A DNA stretch of 64,000 bases from contig JBJLBJ010000032.1 of the NCBI GenBank assembly GCA_045568235.1, positions 48,241-112,240 of the forward strand. The letters run 5' to 3'. This DNA comes from Candidatus Thalassarchaeaceae archaeon. GTDB lineage: Archaea > Thermoplasmatota > Poseidoniia > Poseidoniales > Thalassarchaeaceae. This document shows, in pieces, positions 59,422 through 64,000 of the stretch (position 1 is the stretch's first letter; each line of letters opens with the position of its first letter). The notes beneath the pieces were generated by a model. It was not told the origin of the DNA and made no database searches. It saw only the letters and a program-made list of their open reading frames with translations. The translations under genes and the position numbers were made by a program.

Positions 59422-60249
59422 TTGCTGATTATAATGTCTGTCGAGAGGGTGTCTGAAATTCAGAAAATAAAAAAGAAAGAGTATCAAAAAGAACTTTTCA
59501 GACTACAATTGGAATTGATTAAATTACAAGAATGGGTTAAAGCAGAAGGCCTCAAAGTAGTTGTAATATTCGAAGGACGTGATGCGGCAGGGAAAGGAGG
59601 AGTGATAAAGAGGATAACTCAGTATCTCAATCCAAGAGTCGTTAAAGTTGCAGCGTTACCTGCTCCTACTGAGAGGCAGAAGACAGAATGGTATTTTCAA
59701 CGATATGTCGATCACCTTCCTGCCGCAGGAGAAATAGTTCTTTTTGATAGAAGTTGGTACAATCGTGCAGGTGTAGAACGTGTCATGGGATTTTGTACGG
59801 ATAAAGAATATGATGGATTTTTACGAGCATGCCCTACATTTGAAAGGATGCTAATCCGTTCAGACACTATCCTCCTCAAATACTGGTTCTCAGTATCAGA
59901 TGAAGAACAATTAAAGAGGTTCAAGGCTAGATTGGCCGAACCTCATAAGAGGTGGAAATTAAGTCCAATGGACTTAGAATCACTCACTAGGTGGGAAGAA
60001 TATTCAGAAGCAAAGGATAACATGTTTGCATACACTGATACTAAAAAATCTCCTTGGTATGTAGTTAACTCAGATGTCAAAAAACATGCCCATATAAATT
60101 GTATAAGTCACTTTTTATCCCAAATACCTTATGAAGACTTGACTCCAAAGGAAATACAACTCCCTGAGAGGAAAAAATCTAGAGGGTATATCCGTCCTCC
60201 GGAAGATGAACAAACTTTTGTTCCTGATTACCATCTTAAACTATTGTGA
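59422..60249 (+). CDS. ppk2: polyphosphate kinase 2
   Basis: 'VVIFEGRDAAGKGG' and 'LFDRSWYNRAGVERVMGF'. Confidence 0.9.
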   Translation: MLIIMSVERVSEIQKIKKKEYQKELFRLQLELIKLQEWVKAEGLKVVVIFEGRDAAGKGGVIKRITQYLNPRVVKVAALPAPTERQKTEWYFQRYVDHLPAAGEIVLFDRSWYNRAGVERVMGFCTDKEYDGFLRACPTFERMLIRSDTILLKYWFSVSDEEQLKRFKARLAEPHKRWKLSPMDLESLTRWEEYSEAKDNMFAYTDTKKSPWYVVNSDVKKHAHINCISHFLSQIPYEDLTPKEIQLPERKKSRGYIRPPEDEQTFVPDYHLKLL

Positions 60250-60253
60250 TAGT

Positions 60254-61507
60254 ATGAAAATACTCTCTATATTATTCATTGTTGTTATTTTACTTTCTAG
60301 TGGATGTTTAGGTATTTTTGAAGAAGATTTTGATGATGATGATGATGGTTTCTTAGATGCTATAGATGCCTTTCCAAATGACTCTGATGAATGGCTCGAC
60401 ACTGATGGCGATGGTATTGGCAATAACGCAGATAAAGATGATGACAATGACGGTTTTGAGGATTCTTTAGAATCTAGTTGTTTTTCTGATTCTCTAAATA
60501 TTTCATCAATCCCATTAGATATGGACCAGGATCAGATATGTAACGTTCTTGATGATGATATAGATGGTGACGGTTTGCCAAATGATTGGGAAATAAATAG
60601 AAGCTTAGATCCATTAGATAATAATGATACTTTATCTTGTCATGGATATTCAGTGTATTGTTTAAGAAGTTATGACGATTTCACCTTTCCAGAATCACAT
60701 AATGCATATTCTGCTTTAGAAGATGGTGTATTTATAGGAGTAAACCATCTTACTGGCCTTCAAGATCAGTGGGATGGAGGAATTAGGGCTTTCATGGTTG
60801 ACACACACCATGTTTCAAGTGAAGACACGAGCCCAGAAGATGTCAGATTTTGTCACGGATCACCTAATGCCTTTCCTCATCCTTGTTCGTATTCAGAGAT
60901 TGATGCCTTTGGATGGCTTTCTCTACTTAATTCATTAATGAATTCCAGCAAATATACTTGCTTAACTCTCTGCGGAGAAGTTGTTACGCTATTAATAGAA
61001 AATTATGTTCCTGCGGAACATTTAGAATATTTATTCAATAAAACAGGCATGAATGATAGAATGTATATTCATAATTTTGGAGAGGATTGGCCAGATATTG
61101 GCGATTTAATATTAAATGGACAAGATCTAATAGTTTTCTGGGAACAAACTGGCGATAACAAATACCCTTGGTTACATGATTTTGGAGAATTTGGGTGGAC
61201 AACTAATTATGGAGAAAACAATCCAGATGAAATGAAATGTTCTATATTTCGGGGAAACGGCTCTCAACCAGTTTGGCATCTCAATAACTGGTTATCTAGC
61301 ATTTACGGTGTTGCAGATCCTATAAGGTCTAATGAAGTAAATGGTTACTATTTCCTGTTAAACAGAACCATAGAATGCTGGGAAATGATGGATAATCGGC
61401 CAACCTTTGTCGCAGTAGATTATTGGGAAAATGGGGAAATAACCAATGTTACAATTACTATAAACAAAATGGCACATTGGTCTTCTGAAATTCCTCCTCA
61501 TCCTTAA
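60254..61507 (+). CDS. secreted lipoprotein with thrombospondin-type-3-like Ca-binding repeats and PLC-like phosphodiesterase domain
   Basis: Signal peptide plus lipobox 'VVILLSSGC'. 'DTDGDGIGNNAD' and 'DIDGDGLPND' are DxDxDG repeats. 'PESHNAYS' and 'GIRAFMVDTHH' resemble the PI-PLC X-domain. The start is taken at Met 60254. Confidence 0.5.
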   Translation: MKILSILFIVVILLSSGCLGIFEEDFDDDDDGFLDAIDAFPNDSDEWLDTDGDGIGNNADKDDDNDGFEDSLESSCFSDSLNISSIPLDMDQDQICNVLDDDIDGDGLPNDWEINRSLDPLDNNDTLSCHGYSVYCLRSYDDFTFPESHNAYSALEDGVFIGVNHLTGLQDQWDGGIRAFMVDTHHVSSEDTSPEDVRFCHGSPNAFPHPCSYSEIDAFGWLSLLNSLMNSSKYTCLTLCGEVVTLLIENYVPAEHLEYLFNKTGMNDRMYIHNFGEDWPDIGDLILNGQDLIVFWEQTGDNKYPWLHDFGEFGWTTNYGENNPDEMKCSIFRGNGSQPVWHLNNWLSSIYGVADPIRSNEVNGYYFLLNRTIECWEMMDNRPTFVAVDYWENGEITNVTITINKMAHWSSEIPPHP

Positions 61508-61510
61508 TCA

Positions 61511-61548
61511 TCATATTTTTATTGAATAATCATATTTTTATTGAATAA
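61511..61548. repeat. perfect tandem duplication of a 19-bp unit TCATATTTTTATTGAATAA
   Basis: Units at 61511-61529 and 61530-61548 are identical. They sit in the 82-bp intergenic spacer after the stop at 61505-61507. Confidence 0.85.
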
Positions 61549-61589
61549 ATATCATAAAGCAGATTATCTATTGTCATGTCCGAGAGAAT

Positions 61590-62306
61590 ATGCAGAGGTG
61601 TGGTGCACAAGAGGTCTCCGAAGCCTTCTCTAACAATGAGGACATAACCTTAATACTCGCTCTAAGAGGTTCAAAAGATTCAGAAGTATTACGTCTAATT
61701 AATCTTGCAAAAAACAACTCAATCCCTATTAAAGAAGGTTCTGAGAGAGATATTTGGAGGATGGCCCGAGATAACAAACTTGATACAAAACCCCAAATTC
61801 TAGCCTTAGTTGGCAGAAATCCATATGCATCAATAGATGAAATTCTTGAGTCAGGTGGAATAATATGGCTATTGGCAGGAGCCAAATATCCAGTCAACAT
61901 AGGATTTACTATAAGAACGGCTGAAGTAAGCGGTGCAAATGCTGTATTTGTTGATAGTGAACTCAATAATAGTGATCGTAAAGGCGCTAAAAGAGCCTCC
62001 ATGAAATCGCACCGCTTCATTCCTTTGTACTGGGTTGACGGAATTTCAATAGTTGATAAGGCTAAATCCTTTGGATATAGGATAATTTCTATAGAAGATA
62101 TAGGTTCCAAGACTCCTTGGGAAGCAAATTTAACAGGGAAAATTATGCTAATAATCGGAGGAGAGAGAGAAGGAATTTCCAAATCTATACTCGATAAATC
62201 AGATGAAATATTGAGAATTCCAATGACAGGTTTCGTACCTTCATTTAACCTACAAGCACCAATGGCAATTGTTGCAGCGGAAGCACAAAGACAAAGAATG
62301 TCTTAA
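61590..62306 (+). CDS. SpoU/TrmH-family RNA 2'-O-methyltransferase
   Basis: 'LIIGGEREGISKSIL', 'LRIPMTGFVPSFNLQAPMAIVAAE' (the SPOUT knot motifs). Confidence 0.8.
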   Translation: MQRCGAQEVSEAFSNNEDITLILALRGSKDSEVLRLINLAKNNSIPIKEGSERDIWRMARDNKLDTKPQILALVGRNPYASIDEILESGGIIWLLAGAKYPVNIGFTIRTAEVSGANAVFVDSELNNSDRKGAKRASMKSHRFIPLYWVDGISIVDKAKSFGYRIISIEDIGSKTPWEANLTGKIMLIIGGEREGISKSILDKSDEILRIPMTGFVPSFNLQAPMAIVAAEAQRQRMS

Positions 62307-62354
62307 GATTATTCTTACCCCTAATTTCATGACCCTTGACCCAATCCTAAGCAC

Positions 62355-64000
62355 ATGGAAGTGCCTGATGAACTTTTATCTATGCTTCATGGCGAACAAG
62401 GTCCAACTAAACAAAAAGCCGCCAGACTTGTAGTTGACCTAGCTTCAACGGCGGGTTCTAAGAAATTTATTCGCTGCGACAATTCACATGTTTCTGGAGT
62501 TAGTGTGATAACCGGAGGACATGGACTAAGGCGTTTCCTTTCGGATATATCAGGAGATCCTCTAGGGAAAGTAGTCATCCCAACAACACTTAATTCTGCT
62601 GGTTGCGATTTAGAGAAAATAGAAGAAATGGATATAGAATATCCAGATTTTCTTAAGTATCAATTTGAAATTGTTCAAGCATATTCTGAATTAGGGATAG
62701 ATGCCACATTGTCTTGTACTCCGTATGATAGAGGTATTGACTCAGGCCATGGCATTGGCTCGTGGGCCGAGTCAAACGCTGTTTGCTTTTCTAATTCTTA
62801 TACGTCCCTAATTACAAATCGAGAATCTGGATTATCCGCTCTTGCTACTTCTCTGACAGGATGGGCTCCTTACTGGGGCTTACATATCCCTGAAAATAGA
62901 ATTCCAAATATACTTGTGAATATTGAGTGTGAAATGCCAGACCCAACAGATTGGAGTGTATTGGGCGATTGGATAGGTAAACAAATCAGGCCAGAGTGGA
63001 AACTTCCTTGGGGTCCAATGCCCTATATTGTGGGTTTACCAGATCAAATCTCATTTGAGATGCGTAAAGCATTATCAGCTTCGGCTGCAAATTATGGCTG
63101 TCCAATGTTGTGGATTGATGTTGATTCGGAATATTCTCCAAATATGGATAAATACCAGGGAGAGCTAATATTTACTGCCGATGATTTATACAATAGATAT
63201 AGGGAACTTTCTCCTAAAGGTCAAGTTGACTTAGTTGTTATAGGATGCCCCCAAGCAAGCATAGGTGAAGCAAGAGCCACAGCCGCAGCAGCACGTGCAA
63301 GGATGGAACTTGGTGAAAAAATTGTTAATAAGAGACTTTGGCTTTTCACTAGTGGATATAATTATGATATTTTAGATGCCGATGGAACTATTGACATTTT
63401 AGAGGACTCGGGAGCGTTAATACTAAGAGATACTTGTCCCGAAGTAACTCCTTATAATAGAAATAAATATAATCATATATTGACAAATTCACTGAAAGCA
63501 GAACACTATTTGACGAGTGGCCTTAATAGTATGCCAACCAGTGTTTCAACAATAAGTGAATGTGTAGCACATGCGTTTGATGATAAACTAGTTACAGGTT
63601 CTAGGCCTACTCTAGAATCTAGAAAACCAAAACCTATAATCTCTAAAAAGACTAAACAGACGTCCAAAATTAATATTTCTGGAAAAGGCATACCAAGTCA
63701 ATCAGATTGGAAAATATCAGGCAAAGCTCTAGTTACCGACGTTCCTATAACATATCTCGGATATGTCAATAGAGATACGGGAGTAATAGAAGAACCCGGG
63801 CATCCTTTGGATGGCACTAAGATCAAAGATACAATTTTTATCTATCCAAAAGGCTCCGGATCAACGGTTGCGCCATTTGTATTGATGGGTTTAATATACA
63901 CAAAACAAGGTCCTAAAGCAATAGTGAACACAGATGTGTGCCCACTTACTATTCCTGCAGTATCTTTGTTAAATCTCCCCTATGCTCATGGATTTAGTGA
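62355..64000 (+). CDS. aconitase X family protein, DUF521 and DUF126 domains fused; partial (runs off window end)
   Basis: This is my own translation from ATG 62355, and the frame stays open to 64000 with no stop. 'SHVSGVSVITGGHGLRRFL' and 'VVIPTTLNSAGCD' are DUF521-like. 'LDGTKIKDTIFIYPKGSGSTVAPFVLMGL' is DUF126-like. It is absent from the ORF track because no stop lies inside the window. Confidence 0.7.
   Translation, partial: MEVPDELLSMLHGEQGPTKQKAARLVVDLASTAGSKKFIRCDNSHVSGVSVITGGHGLRRFLSDISGDPLGKVVIPTTLNSAGCDLEKIEEMDIEYPDFLKYQFEIVQAYSELGIDATLSCTPYDRGIDSGHGIGSWAESNAVCFSNSYTSLITNRESGLSALATSLTGWAPYWGLHIPENRIPNILVNIECEMPDPTDWSVLGDWIGKQIRPEWKLPWGPMPYIVGLPDQISFEMRKALSASAANYGCPMLWIDVDSEYSPNMDKYQGELIFTADDLYNRYRELSPKGQVDLVVIGCPQASIGEARATAAAARARMELGEKIVNKRLWLFTSGYNYDILDADGTIDILEDSGALILRDTCPEVTPYNRNKYNHILTNSLKAEHYLTSGLNSMPTSVSTISECVAHAFDDKLVTGSRPTLESRKPKPIISKKTKQTSKINISGKGIPSQSDWKISGKALVTDVPITYLGYVNRDTGVIEEPGHPLDGTKIKDTIFIYPKGSGSTVAPFVLMGLIYTKQGPKAIVNTDVCPLTIPAVSLLNLPYAHGFS

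Noticed and set aside
1-64000. CRISPR arrays, transposases/IS elements and rRNA genes
   Set aside because: While reading the window I saw no regularly spaced direct repeats, no transposase- or integrase-like ORF translations, and no rRNA-like GC-rich block of 1 kb or more.

Overview
This is a low-GC, gene-dense window of about 66 genes. It looks like chromosome from a euryarchaeon with many bacterial-type metabolic genes, and a planktonic Thermoplasmatota / Marine Group II-like lineage is my inference only. All calls come from reading the ORF translations and the DNA by eye, with no database search.

**Archaeal core**
- A complete A-type ATP synthase operon in the order atpH-I-K-E-C-F-A-B-D (2996-11574).
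- The nop5-fibrillarin pair, TFS, PCNA, Orc1/Cdc6, ABCE1/RLI, archaeal-type TIM and tRNA-Gly(UCC).

**Metabolism**
- Isoprenoid: GGPP synthase, a geranylgeranyl-reductase-like protein, and two tandem squalene/phytoene-synthase paralogs.
- Central carbon: class I FBA next to GlpX FBPase, and SucCD.
- Cofactors and other: MoaC/MoaE, biotin carboxylase, a CysJ-like diflavin reductase and PPK2.
- An acyl-CoA cluster with a BoxB-like di-iron oxygenase, a crotonase, a 3-hydroxyacyl-CoA dehydrogenase and a Rieske oxygenase.

**Most notable observations**
1. An ORF-free island of about 280 nt and about 52% GC (37236-37515) with long perfect helices. It is probably a structured RNA that I could not place in SRP or RNase P by eye.
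2. Next to it, an orphan 854-aa protein with an N-terminal winged-helix. It has a perfect 16-bp palindrome upstream and two divergently transcribed tandem small paralogs (37565-40911).
3. Two conserved genes, atpC and a fused PPAT-DPCK CoA gene, each interrupted by an apparent +1 frameshift.
4. An EF-Tu/SelB-like protein that keeps a domain II-like segment but has no canonical GTPase motifs.
5. A membrane protein with a degenerate site-2-protease-like core, directly after the ATPase operon.
6. A fused AcnX (DUF521+DUF126) gene running off the 3' end, which the ORF track missed.

I recognised no CRISPR array, transposase or integrase.
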